From Acidimicrobiia bacterium (GTDB taxonomy: Bacteria > Actinomycetota > Acidimicrobiia > Spongiisociales > UBA5794): 64,000 bases of DNA. The position numbers and the translations under genes were made by a program. Shown piece by piece: positions 43,417 through 52,572 of the stretch. Below the pieces are notes generated by a model. That model searched no databases, was not told where the DNA came from, and saw nothing but the letters and a program-made list of their open reading frames with translations. The stretch spans positions 70,409 to 134,408 of the forward strand of contig JAUIIM010000001.1 in the NCBI GenBank assembly GCA_030431785.1, given 5' to 3'. Position 1 is the first letter of the stretch, and every line of letters starts with the position of its first letter.

Positions 43417-45627
43417 ATGGCATTGGGAACACGTGCGCTTGCGGCTGGCAGCGCCCGCCGACCCTGGAGGGTCGTCGTCATCTGGACCGTTCTCCTGGCG
43501 ATTTCGATCGCGATCACCGGAGCCCTACTCGGCGGTGCGCTCACGACGTCAGTCAGTTTCACGAACGAGCCGGACTCGATCGTCGTCAGCCAACTCGTCG
43601 AGGAGCTCCGAGGGGAGGCCGACCACGTCGAATACGTCGTCGTCACGCATCCCGAGCAGACCGTCGGCGATCCTGAGTACGCCGATTACGTGACCGCCGT
43701 CGTCACGTCGGTGGCCGACCTCGGGCCCGACGTGGTCGAGACCGTCGGGTCCTATCTGGACGAGTCCGGTCCCGTCTCGCCGGACGGACACACCACGCTG
43801 ATTCCGGTGGCTGTCGCCGGTGCTGATCTCGACGATGTCGCCGACAATGCCAGTGAGGTTCAGGCGGTCGTCGAGACGCAACGCGGGGATGAGTTCACGA
43901 CGGTCGTCTTCGGTCCGCAAACGGTCGCCAATGACTTCAACCACATCGCTGAGGAAGACCTTGCCAAGGGCGAGATGATCGGCATCGCCGTCGCCCTGGT
44001 GGTGCTGGTCCTCGTGTTCGGCACGATCGTCTCAGGTTTGATCCCGATCCTTCTCGGGATGATCTCGATCGCTGTCGCCCTCGGCGCCGCAGCACTCGTC
44101 GGTCAGGTCTTCGAGCTGAGCTTCTTCGTGACGAACATGATCTCGATGATCGGGTTGGCGGTAGGGATCGACTATTCCCTCTTCATCGTCTCTCGGTATC
44201 GCGAAGAACGCGCAGCCGGGCACGAGAAGCAGGAGGCCATCGAACGAGCAGGAGGTACCGCGACTCGAGCAGTCTTCTTCAGCGGGATCACGGTCGTCTT
44301 TGCGCTCGTGGGGATGCTGATCCTCCCGAACACCATCTTCCGCTCGCTCGGCACGGGGGCGATCCTTGTCGTGATCGTGGCGGTCATGGCATCGATGACG
44401 TTGCTCCCTGCGGTGCTGTCGTTGATGGGTAACCGCATCGAGTGGCTGCGTATCCGCCGGAAGAAGACGGCGGAGGGCGGACGGTGGTGGGACACCATCA
44501 CGCGTGCGGTCATGGGTCGTCCTGTAGTCTCGCTCGTGGCCTCGGCTGGAGTGCTGCTCCTGTTCGCTTCAAGCTTCTTGTTCATCGATACCGGGTTCGC
44601 TGGTGTCTCGACCCTGCCGGATGACATCGAGACCAAGCAGGGATTCCTCATCGTCGAGGAAGAGTTTGCAGGTGGATTCGCATCACCCGTCGAGATCGCC
44701 GTACGAGGCGACGGCGCAGGGCAGACGGCGGGAGAACTCGTCGAGGTGGTCCAAGCCGACCCACGCTTCGGTGGCGCCATGATCGACCCGCTATCGACGG
44801 ACGACATCGTCCTTGTGTCGGTGCTGCTCCCCGGGGACGTGAATTCGGTCGAGTCGCTCGATGCCGTGCGGTCATTGCGTGCTGACGTCGCACCTGCCAT
44901 CTCGGACGACAACGTCGAGGTGTTCGTCGGTGGCGAGACAGCCATCACGATCGACTTCACGGAGCAGACCGATACCTACACGCCCATCGTGTTCGCCGTC
45001 GTGCTCGGGCTGAGTTTCATCCTGTTGCTCCTCGCTTTCCGCTCGATCGTCGTTCCCGCCAAGGCCATCGTGATGAACCTGCTCAGCGTGGGGGCGGCCT
45101 ATGGGCTCGTCGTCGCGTTCTTCCAGATCGGTGTCGGACCCGAGTGGGTGAAGGACATTGCCTCGTTCTTCGGGTTCGCCCAGGTCGAAGTGATCGAGGA
45201 TTGGATCCCGCTGTTCCTGTTCTCGGTGCTGTTCGGGCTGTCTATGGACTACCACGTGTTCCTCCTGTCGAGGATCAAGGAGCGGTTCGACATCACCGGC
45301 GACAACACGGAGTCGGTGGCATATGGGCTTCGGACGACCGGTGCACTCATCACCGGTGCCGCCGCGATCATGGTTGCCGTGTTCGGAGGATTCGCTGCGG
45401 GCCGGCTCGTCACGTTCCAGCAGATGGGCTTCGGGTTGGCGGTTGCCGTCCTCCTCGATGCCACGATCGTGCGGTCCGTGCTCGTGCCGGCATCGATGAA
45501 GCTGCTCGGTGCCCGCAACTGGTACTTCCCGTCCTGGCTCGAGTGGATCCCGAACGTGTCGATAGAGGGCCACGCCGACGACCCGATGCTCGTCGAAGTC
45601 GAGGAACGAGAACTCCAGATGGTCTAG
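43417..45627 (+). CDS. MMPL-family (RND superfamily) membrane transporter
   Basis: ORF 43357..45627. Start is ATG 43417, after AGGAAGG. Two 6-TM bundles with GIDYSLFIVSRYREE and GLSMDYHVFLLSRIKE motifs. Confidence 0.88.
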   Translation: MALGTRALAAGSARRPWRVVVIWTVLLAISIAITGALLGGALTTSVSFTNEPDSIVVSQLVEELRGEADHVEYVVVTHPEQTVGDPEYADYVTAVVTSVADLGPDVVETVGSYLDESGPVSPDGHTTLIPVAVAGADLDDVADNASEVQAVVETQRGDEFTTVVFGPQTVANDFNHIAEEDLAKGEMIGIAVALVVLVLVFGTIVSGLIPILLGMISIAVALGAAALVGQVFELSFFVTNMISMIGLAVGIDYSLFIVSRYREERAAGHEKQEAIERAGGTATRAVFFSGITVVFALVGMLILPNTIFRSLGTGAILVVIVAVMASMTLLPAVLSLMGNRIEWLRIRRKKTAEGGRWWDTITRAVMGRPVVSLVASAGVLLLFASSFLFIDTGFAGVSTLPDDIETKQGFLIVEEEFAGGFASPVEIAVRGDGAGQTAGELVEVVQADPRFGGAMIDPLSTDDIVLVSVLLPGDVNSVESLDAVRSLRADVAPAISDDNVEVFVGGETAITIDFTEQTDTYTPIVFAVVLGLSFILLLLAFRSIVVPAKAIVMNLLSVGAAYGLVVAFFQIGVGPEWVKDIASFFGFAQVEVIEDWIPLFLFSVLFGLSMDYHVFLLSRIKERFDITGDNTESVAYGLRTTGALITGAAAIMVAVFGGFAAGRLVTFQQMGFGLAVAVLLDATIVRSVLVPASMKLLGARNWYFPSWLEWIPNVSIEGHADDPMLVEVEERELQMV

Positions 45628-45645
45628 GAGCTCGGGAGCCGTTGA

Positions 45646-45675
45646 GTGAGGGCCGGCCTTCGGGTCGGTCCTCAC
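45646..45675 (+). terminator. Hairpin with UUCG loop after the MMPL gene
   Basis: GTGAGGGCCGGCC-ttcg-GGTCGGTCCTCAC is a 13-bp stem. Two positions are G-U pairs only on the + strand transcript. There is no U-run. Confidence 0.45.
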
Positions 45676-45689
45676 CGCGTGCCGCTCGA

Positions 45690-46724
45690 TCAGTCAGCGC
45701 TGCCGCTGAGCTCTCTGACGATCGGAGCAACTTCCGTGCCCAGTGATTCGATTACCCGGAGAACCGTTGAATGGTCCATGGTCCCGACGCTCACGTGGAG
45801 CATGAAGCGTTCGATGTCGAGGACCTCACCCCATCGGACGATCTTGCGCGCTACCTCTTCCGGGTTACCCAGTATGAGCGAACCCTCCGGACCGCGCATC
45901 GCATCGAACTGGGGGCGTGTCATCGGTCCCCATCCGCGCTCGCGCCCGATGCGGGTCATCGCCGCGGCGTAAGAGGGGAAGAACTCCTCGGCGGCTTGGT
46001 CGGTCGTTGGTGCGATGTGGCCGTGTGCGTGGACTGCCCGTGGGACGCCCTTCGGGTCGTGTCCACCCTCGGCGAGTCCACGCCGATGGATCTCGGAGAA
46101 GACAGCGAACCGGTCCGGTTGACCACCGATGATCGCGAGCGTCATGGGCAGCCCAAGCAGCCCCGTCCGCATCGCGGATTCCGGGGTGCCGCCGACTCCG
46201 ACCCACACGGGCAGTGGATCCTGCAACGAGCGCGGGTAGACGCCTTGTCCCGTCAGTGGTGGACGGAACCGGCCTTCCCAGTGGACGTGTTCGTTGTCTC
46301 GGATCTTGAGGAGGAGTTCAAGCTTCTCCGCAAACAGGTCTGCATAGTCAGTGAGCGGGTATCCGAAGAGCGGGAACGATTCGGTGAACGAGCCGCGACC
46401 GACGAGTAGCTCTGCCCGTCCTTCCGAAAGGAGGTCGAGCGTCGCGAAGCGTTGGTAGACACGGACGGGATCGTCCGAGGACAAGACTGTGACCGCCGGC
46501 GTCAGGCGAATCCGCTCTGTCCTCGCTGCGATGGCCGCGAGGACGACCGAGGGAGCCGATGCCGCAAAGTCCGGACGGTGATGCTCCCCGACCCCGTACA
46601 CGTCGAGTCCGACCTCTTCTGCGAGAACCGCTTCCTCGACGACTTGGCGGAGGCGCACGCCGTGGTCTGACGATCCGCCGTCGGCGGCGATCGTTTCGGC
46701 AAAGGTGGTGAGTCCCAACTCCAT
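45690..46724 (-). CDS. LLM-class (luciferase-like) flavin-dependent oxidoreductase
   Basis: ORF 45690..46970, trimmed to ATG 46724 (MELGLTTFAE...YGVGEHHRPDFAASAPSVVLAAIAARTERIRLTPAVTVLSSDDPVRV). Confidence 0.8.
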   Translation of the reverse strand: MELGLTTFAETIAADGGSSDHGVRLRQVVEEAVLAEEVGLDVYGVGEHHRPDFAASAPSVVLAAIAARTERIRLTPAVTVLSSDDPVRVYQRFATLDLLSEGRAELLVGRGSFTESFPLFGYPLTDYADLFAEKLELLLKIRDNEHVHWEGRFRPPLTGQGVYPRSLQDPLPVWVGVGGTPESAMRTGLLGLPMTLAIIGGQPDRFAVFSEIHRRGLAEGGHDPKGVPRAVHAHGHIAPTTDQAAEEFFPSYAAAMTRIGRERGWGPMTRPQFDAMRGPEGSLILGNPEEVARKIVRWGEVLDIERFMLHVSVGTMDHSTVLRVIESLGTEVAPIVRELSGSAD

Positions 46725-46817
46725 GACCCACAGCCTATGGACGCTGCATCGTGTCGCTGACGAATGGGGGGTGCCCCCATCTCGGCCCCGAGTTGGAGCC
46801 CTATCCTCGGGCTCACG

Positions 46818-48083
46818 ATGAGTCTCCACGTCTCCATCCGTGTCGGCCTGCTCCTGTGCTGTTTGGCGTTCGTTGCTGCCGCCTGTACCCCAACGGGAGA
46901 CACGACCACGACGACGACGAATGACGTCACGACGACCGAGTCTCTGGGTCAGGGTGGACCGACAGCGCAAGACCCCTATCGCTGGACGTGGACCATCGAT
47001 GTCCCCGGATCGCCAACTGGCGTGACAACTGACGAGGTACGTGGACTGCTGTGGGTGACGACTGACGAAGGCGACCTGCTGCGTGTGGCATCGGTCGACA
47101 CGGCGACCCCATCGGTCGAAACAGTGGCATCCGGACTTGTCCGCCCCCGTGGCGTCGCAACCGATGGTTCGACTGTGTTCGTCTCAGAGCTCGGCGACCT
47201 CCCGTGTCCGGGTTTGCGATGCAAAGGGGACGACGTCGACGGTGCCACCGACCCATATCGCGGTGAGCTTCAGATCCTCCGTGAGTCGAACGGGAGAGTC
47301 ACGGCATTTCCGATCAACGCCGACGACTCGCTCGGCGTGCCCGCGACCGTTGTCGATGGGCTGCCGGTCGCCAACACCGACCACGGAGTGAACGGGTTGG
47401 TCGTTTCCGATGGCAACCTCTTGGTCAGCATCGGTCATGTCGACCTCCTGCTCTTTGGGTTCCACTCGATGCTCGAGATACTGAATGCGGATCTGCTCGG
47501 AACCGAGAGAGAACTGTTTCCCGACGATGACATGTCGGATGTACACGCCAAGGCAGACATGCTCGGAACGATTCAGCGCATCGACCTCGCAACCGGTGCG
47601 ATCGAGGTCGTGGCACGGGGTCTGCGCAACGTTTACGACATCGATGTCGACGACCGGGGGTCGCTGTGGGGCGCTGACAACGATGGGTTTGCGCTGGGTA
47701 GCTGGCGTCGTGACGAGCTGTTGAGGATCGCCGACGGCGACGACTACGGGTTCCCCATCGACGGTACTGCACCCCCCTTCTCACAGCGCACGACCGCCGG
47801 CGTATGGGCGCTGACGGGCGATGCGGGTGGGCCATCGGGGCTGGAAGTCGTGGAGGGGCCCTCCGGTCGCCCGGGTGTCATGCTCGCCATGGCCGGTCGC
47901 ATCGGATATGTGGATCTCGAACTCGTCGACGGCGTGTATACGACGATGCGAGAGCCCGTGTATCAGGTGATTGCGACGTTGTCCGGCTACCCGTCAGCGA
48001 TCGCGGCCTTCGGTGGAGACGCGGTCGTGGTTGCCGATTACGCAACTGGCTCGCTGTCTATGCTCTCGTGGGATTCGAGCTGA
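46818..48083 (+). CDS. Lipoprotein with a beta-propeller, glucose/sorbosone dehydrogenase (PQQ-dependent sugar dehydrogenase)-like
   Basis: ORF 46764..48083. Start is ATG 46818 (MSLHVSIRVGLLLCCLAFVAAAC lipobox, then a Thr-rich linker). ARGLRNVYDIDVDDRGSLWGADNDG...DELLRIADGDDYGFP resembles the GSDH signature. Confidence 0.6.
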   Translation: MSLHVSIRVGLLLCCLAFVAAACTPTGDTTTTTTNDVTTTESLGQGGPTAQDPYRWTWTIDVPGSPTGVTTDEVRGLLWVTTDEGDLLRVASVDTATPSVETVASGLVRPRGVATDGSTVFVSELGDLPCPGLRCKGDDVDGATDPYRGELQILRESNGRVTAFPINADDSLGVPATVVDGLPVANTDHGVNGLVVSDGNLLVSIGHVDLLLFGFHSMLEILNADLLGTERELFPDDDMSDVHAKADMLGTIQRIDLATGAIEVVARGLRNVYDIDVDDRGSLWGADNDGFALGSWRRDELLRIADGDDYGFPIDGTAPPFSQRTTAGVWALTGDAGGPSGLEVVEGPSGRPGVMLAMAGRIGYVDLELVDGVYTTMREPVYQVIATLSGYPSAIAAFGGDAVVVADYATGSLSMLSWDSS

Positions 48084-48106
48084 CGAGCAGGCGATTGGAG
48101 TTGGGG

Positions 48107-48550
48107 ATGCACAGAACGCGGCTTGGTGGTCTCGCAGTGCTCATAGCACTCGTCGTTTCGGCATGTACGTCGTCGGCTCCCGATGACCTGGTCGACGGCG
48201 TGTACCGCGGCTTTGCATCGTCAGACGGAGACGCTCCGGAGGCAACACTCGTGATCGAAGGCGACATCGTGACGATCACGGAAGATGATGCCACCTCGGT
48301 CTACACCATCACGGCAGGCACCGAGCAGTATGTCGTGTGTCCGGATGAGGTGAAGGGGGTCCCGTCGCTTCTGGACGCGAGTTTGGCGGTCGGTGATGTT
48401 GCGTTGCTGGAACCGGCGATCTTTGGGGATTGTGGGGGCGTGCGCCCGATGCGAGTCACCCTGATGGACCTGACCTCGCGCGAGGACCGTCTTGCGTTCC
48501 CGTTCACCCGCTGGGTCGAGTTCTGCGACGTGACCGACGACGACTGCTGA
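48107..48550 (+). CDS. Small Cys-containing lipoprotein, function unknown
   Basis: ORF 47804..48550, trimmed to ATG 48107 (MHRTRLGGLAVLIALVVSAC lipobox). Located 23 nt after the propeller gene. Confidence 0.55.
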   Translation: MHRTRLGGLAVLIALVVSACTSSAPDDLVDGVYRGFASSDGDAPEATLVIEGDIVTITEDDATSVYTITAGTEQYVVCPDEVKGVPSLLDASLAVGDVALLEPAIFGDCGGVRPMRVTLMDLTSREDRLAFPFTRWVEFCDVTDDDC

Positions 48551-48580
48551 TCTCGCTGGTGTGATCTCGCAGACCTATCG

Positions 48581-48624
48581 TCAACTTGTGTTGATGTTTC
48601 GACTGCACGTCAACTAACGTTGAC
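48581..48624. promoter_or_regulatory. Two similar inverted repeats, CGTCAAC-N4-GTTGA, upstream of the small HTH gene
   Basis: TCAACttgtGTTGA at 48581-48594 and GTCAACtaacGTTGAC at 48609-48624, spaced 28 bp apart. The second ends 4 nt before ATG 48628. Confidence 0.45.
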
Positions 48625-48627
48625 AAT

Positions 48628-48852
48628 ATGAGGGAAATGAAGTCTGGCCGGTTGGCGATTCCACGCCCCGAGGCCACGGAGGACGCACTTGCCGCAGTCG
48701 TCGCACTTCGGCGTGCCGCCGACCAGCTGGAACTCGCAACGATCGCCCATGCAATCGACAGCGGATGGTCGTGGGCACAGGTGGCACAAGCGCTTGGCGT
48801 CTCCAAGCAGGCGGTCCACAAGAAGTATGCGAAACGAATCGGAAAGGCGTGA
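48628..48852 (+). CDS. Small helix-turn-helix DNA-binding protein
   Basis: 74 aa. GWSWAQVAQALGVSKQAVHKKYAKR is the HTH. Confidence 0.6.
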   Translation: MREMKSGRLAIPRPEATEDALAAVVALRRAADQLELATIAHAIDSGWSWAQVAQALGVSKQAVHKKYAKRIGKA

Positions 48853-48854
48853 CG

Positions 48855-49376
48855 GTGTTCGGGAAGAAGGGTTCCAAGCGAAGCAAGATGCGTGACATCC
48901 AGATCATGGGGCAGGTCTTGCCGGCTGCGGAACGCCTTGCGCAAGAGGATGGGCTGGAGAAGCCGGGCGCCGAGTATCTCCTTCTTGCCGCGCTCGGTTT
49001 GGACGACGACTCCGGGAGGGCAGCTTTCCGTGCCGTCGGGGCAGAGCCGACCGCCTACCACGACGCCATCCGGTCGGTCCACGCCGAAGCGCTCGGCTCG
49101 CTTGGCATCGATGCTTCCACGCTCGACTCGGACATCCCAGACGTTCCGAGCACGCCGACGGGCGTGTTCAAAGCTGAACCATCGCTGCACGATGCATTCC
49201 AGACCGTTTCCGAGAAGGTGCGATCTGAGAAGTCCCAGCTCTACGGTGCGTACTTCGTCGAGACCATATGCGAGGCGGAGTTCGGTACGGCCGTGCGTGC
49301 CGTCGAGGCGATGGACATCGACCCGACGCTCCTGGCCGCTGCTGCACGGGAGCAGATCGAGGCGCTCAACGCATAG
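48855..49376 (+). CDS. Clp N-terminal (Clp_N double repeat) domain protein without an ATPase domain
   Basis: ORF 48765..49376. Proposed GTG start at 48855, 2 nt after the HTH stop. AERLAQEDGLEKPGAEYLLLAALGLDDD plus a second repeat, YFVETICEAEFGTAVRAVEAMDIDP. Confidence 0.55.
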   Translation: MFGKKGSKRSKMRDIQIMGQVLPAAERLAQEDGLEKPGAEYLLLAALGLDDDSGRAAFRAVGAEPTAYHDAIRSVHAEALGSLGIDASTLDSDIPDVPSTPTGVFKAEPSLHDAFQTVSEKVRSEKSQLYGAYFVETICEAEFGTAVRAVEAMDIDPTLLAAAAREQIEALNA

Positions 49377-49377
49377 C

Positions 49378-50274
49378 TCAGTCACCTACGAAGGCGAACA
49401 TCCACCTGCCCGTCTCGGTGATTGCGATCCGGAACCGGTCGTAGGCACCGCCGGCGTCCGAGTCAGCGATCAGGTCTTCCACGGTGACTCCGTTGAGTGC
49501 CGCCACGATCGCGAGTAGGTCTTCGTCCCAGAAGTCAGCGAGTGACTCGTCGCTGTCATATCGCGTGACCGGTGGCCACACATAGAACACCTCGACTTCG
49601 TCGGGCGTCGGCTCCCACTGCTCCACACTGAACGGCAGCTCCGTAAGGGCCACGGCGAGTTTCGCAAGCGAGTCGTATTGGGCGTCGTGGTCAGCAAGTG
49701 CGTCTGTCGATTGGGCTGCTCCCCAGAAGATCAGATCGTCAGGGTTCACGAGCGCAGCCTCGACACTGAGCGCTACGAGACCGGCGAAATCGCACGCCAT
49801 GGCAAGGTCGACGAGGTTGTCGCGGAGCGCCACAGCCTCGGCGCTGAGTGAGTTCGGGTCGGCTGCGTCATACGACGGAACGACCAGACCGCGTTCAGCG
49901 GAGCACCGTGCTTCGGTCGCAGGTGTCGTCGTTGTCGGTGAACTGGAGGTCGTCACCGGGTCGGTCGTCGTCGTCGAGCTCTCTGTAGCCGACCCGTCGT
50001 CCACCGTGGTCGTCGTCGCCGGTGGGCTGGTGGCAGGGACCGGGGACGGACCGGTGTCGAGGAGGGAAGCAAACACCATCGCCACCCCGACGACTGCGAC
50101 GGTCGCTACGGCGGCAGCGATCAGTGCGATTGGCTTCCGCCACGTGGGCACTGGCGCAGCAGAAGCGAGCTTTGCGAATCCTGTCGTCATGTCGTCCCAG
50201 TGGGGTGCCGGAGGCGTCTGGGCTTCGATGTCTGCGAAGACGTTGCTGACTTCGTCGTGAAAACGGTCAGTCAC
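49378..50274 (-). CDS. Putative anti-sigma factor (single TM, Thr/Pro-rich linker, extracytoplasmic domain of unknown family)
   Basis: 298 aa. TM segment is PIALIAAAVATVAVVGVAMVFASLL. An 8-nt overlap with the ECF sigma gene stop. Confidence 0.55.
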   Translation of the reverse strand: MTDRFHDEVSNVFADIEAQTPPAPHWDDMTTGFAKLASAAPVPTWRKPIALIAAAVATVAVVGVAMVFASLLDTGPSPVPATSPPATTTTVDDGSATESSTTTTDPVTTSSSPTTTTPATEARCSAERGLVVPSYDAADPNSLSAEAVALRDNLVDLAMACDFAGLVALSVEAALVNPDDLIFWGAAQSTDALADHDAQYDSLAKLAVALTELPFSVEQWEPTPDEVEVFYVWPPVTRYDSDESLADFWDEDLLAIVAALNGVTVEDLIADSDAGGAYDRFRIAITETGRWMFAFVGD

Positions 50275-50704
50275 GGTCGACCACCTCCGCGAGCTTTCTG
50301 CGGGCGAGGTGGAGGTACCGACGTACCGTGCTCGGTCGACAGCCCATCTGGGAAGCGGCTTGCTCGCTCGTCATTCCCTCCCAGTACGTCCAATAGACCG
50401 CAGCACGCTGTTGGAGCGGAAGGGTGAGTACGGCGTCGAGTACATCAGGACGCGCCTCTCGGGCCTCGATCGCTTGATCTCGCAGTGGGACCTCGGTTCG
50501 GCGGCGCTTTCGATCGATCGCCTCGTTGAGTACGGACCGCATCAGATACGGCTTTGGGTCGTCGAGTGACGACAGGGACCGGTGCTTCTTGTAGATCCTG
50601 GTCACCACACTGGACACGATGTCCTCCGCATTCGATGGGCCTGCAAGGACGGCCGCGTAACGAACCAGGGCATCCTTGTGTTGCCGGTAGATCGTCTCGT
50701 CCAT
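50267..50704 (-). CDS. ECF-type sigma-70 family RNA polymerase sigma factor
   Basis: ORF 50267..50935. Likely start is ATG 50704 (MDETIYRQHKDALVRYAAVLAG...). Region 4: LPLQQRAAVYWTYWEGMTSEQAASQMGCRPSTVRRYLHLARRKL. Confidence 0.75.
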   Translation of the reverse strand: MDETIYRQHKDALVRYAAVLAGPSNAEDIVSSVVTRIYKKHRSLSSLDDPKPYLMRSVLNEAIDRKRRRTEVPLRDQAIEAREARPDVLDAVLTLPLQQRAAVYWTYWEGMTSEQAASQMGCRPSTVRRYLHLARRKLAEVVDRD

Positions 50705-50763
50705 CCACCCATTATCACGAACGAACCTGGCCGATTGTTGCACGCGATCGGTGCCGGAGGTCG

Positions 50764-50790
50764 TAGACCGAGGGTCTTCGGGCAGGTTCA
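50764..50790 (-). promoter_or_regulatory. ECF-like promoter candidate TGAACC-N16-GTCTA upstream of the sigma gene
   Basis: The minus strand reads ATGAACCtgcccgaagaccctcgGTCTAcg, about 60 nt upstream of the sigma start. Pattern match only. Confidence 0.3.
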
Positions 50791-50844
50791 TGATCGTGTC
50801 ACGGGGCATGCGTACCATGCGTATCGACGTGTTGAGGAGTGACC

Positions 50845-52572
50845 ATGACGAACGGGAATGACCCAGCGGCAGCGTTGGGGTTGGTGGTCGGTACCGAGGA
50901 CTCGACGCCCCTCGATTTCTGGTTCGCCGTATCACCGGGCCAACGCGTGCAGCTCGACGACGTCGTCGCCGTGGATCGTTCGCTGCCTGACGGCACCAAG
51001 GTCGTGATGTACGGCATCGTCAGTCAGATTCGAGCGCGCCAGGAGGGGGCACGATTCGAGAGCGACGTCTTCCTGATCACCGACGGTGTGTTGCCCGGTG
51101 AGGTCACGGAAGCAGCACAGGTCCAGATCACGCGCATCGTGCCGGAGACATTTGTCCCTCCGCTGCCCGGTGCACGTGTTCGTCGCGCAGAGGATGCCGA
51201 ACGAGATGCAGCCCTTGACTTTGAAGGGGTCGACCGTCGTCTCCCTGCTGGTCTTTCCCGAGAAGACGAACCGATCTGGCTCGATCTCGACTTCCTCGAC
51301 GGGACGAAGGGCGCACACCTCAACATCGCCGGGATCTCGGGGGTGGCGACGAAGACGAGCTACGCAACCTTCCTGCTCTACTCGTTGTTCACCTCGGGGG
51401 TGCTCGGGAAGGAAGCAGCGAATACCAAGGGGATCATCTTCAACGTGAAGGGTGAGGACCTGCTGTTCCTCGACCACGGGAACACTGCGCTCGACGACGA
51501 GAGCCGGGCCCGCTACGGCGCCTTGGGTCTTGAACCGGCTCCGTTCCGTGACGTAGGCATCCTCGCACCACCCCGTGCAGGTGACGTGAATGCAACTCCG
51601 GATACGGGCGCTCGTCAGCAAGGTGTGGCCCCGTTCTTCTGGACGATCGCCGACTTCTGTAGCCAGCGTCTGCTCCCGTTCTTGTTCGCCGACGCGGAGG
51701 ACGAGCGTCAGCAATACACGATCGTCGTCCAGTCGGTGACAGCGAGACTCGCTGAGATCGCATCGACATCGACGACCGACGATGGTGCCGTCCGGATCGA
51801 GGGGACGACTGTCCGCACTTTCCGCGATCTGGTGGGCGCCATCGAACGAAGGCTGATCCCGGATGATCCCGACGAACCGATCGACCCGTCTTGGTCGGGG
51901 AGAGCCATCGGCGGCGGGACGATCAACGCCTTCGTCCGGCGTCTCGCCTCAGCGACCCGATACGTCGAGCATCTCATCCGATCCGACATCAGTGATTCAC
52001 CGTCACATGCCCTTGACCTCGACTCCCACCAGCTGACCGTCGTGGACATCCACCGGTTGCACGATCGAGCGAAGCGATTCGTCGTCGGTGTCGTGTTGCG
52101 GCAGGCGTTCGAGGCGAAGGAGCGGTCCGGTGTGGCGAAGCCGTTGCAGTTCATCGTGCTGGACGAGCTGAACAAGTACGCCCCGCGTGACGGTTCGAGT
52201 CCCATCAAGGAGATCCTCCTCGATGTCGCAGAGCGCGGGCGTTCGCTAGGCATCATCCTCATCGGTGCGCAACAGACCGCTAGCGAGGTCGAGCGTCGGA
52301 TCGTCGCCAACAGCGCGATACGTGTCGTCGGTCGTCTCGACTCGGCCGAGGCGAGACGGGATGAGTACGGGTTCCTCCCACCGGTCCAGCGTCAGCGTTC
52401 GACGATTCTCAAACCCGGGTCGATGTACGTGGTCCAGCCGCGTCTTCCGGTACCGCTCCTCGTCGAGTTCCCCTTCCCTGCATGGGCGACGAGGTCGTCG
52501 GAGGCCGACCCGGCACACAACCCCTCCGGTACCCCCGTTCCTGATGATCCCTTTGCAGGCCTCGAACGGTGA
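50845..52572 (+). CDS. herA: HerA-like (DUF87) hexameric ATPase/translocase with an N-terminal HAS-barrel
   Basis: ORF 50839..52572. ATG 50845 follows GAGGAG. N-terminus LGLVVGTEDSTPLDFWFAV..GQRVQLDDVVAV...VMYGIVSQI. P-loop-like LNIAGISGVATKTSY. Walker B LQFIVLDELNKYAP. RGRSLGIILIGAQQTASEV. Confidence 0.75.
   Translation: MTNGNDPAAALGLVVGTEDSTPLDFWFAVSPGQRVQLDDVVAVDRSLPDGTKVVMYGIVSQIRARQEGARFESDVFLITDGVLPGEVTEAAQVQITRIVPETFVPPLPGARVRRAEDAERDAALDFEGVDRRLPAGLSREDEPIWLDLDFLDGTKGAHLNIAGISGVATKTSYATFLLYSLFTSGVLGKEAANTKGIIFNVKGEDLLFLDHGNTALDDESRARYGALGLEPAPFRDVGILAPPRAGDVNATPDTGARQQGVAPFFWTIADFCSQRLLPFLFADAEDERQQYTIVVQSVTARLAEIASTSTTDDGAVRIEGTTVRTFRDLVGAIERRLIPDDPDEPIDPSWSGRAIGGGTINAFVRRLASATRYVEHLIRSDISDSPSHALDLDSHQLTVVDIHRLHDRAKRFVVGVVLRQAFEAKERSGVAKPLQFIVLDELNKYAPRDGSSPIKEILLDVAERGRSLGIILIGAQQTASEVERRIVANSAIRVVGRLDSAEARRDEYGFLPPVQRQRSTILKPGSMYVVQPRLPVPLLVEFPFPAWATRSSEADPAHNPSGTPVPDDPFAGLER

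Noticed and set aside
50722-50755. ECF-type promoter on the plus strand driving herA (GAACC...CGATCGG)
   Set aside because: There is a -35-like GAACC but no acceptable -10 (CGTC/GTCTA type) at 16-17 nt spacing, so it is not reported as a feature.
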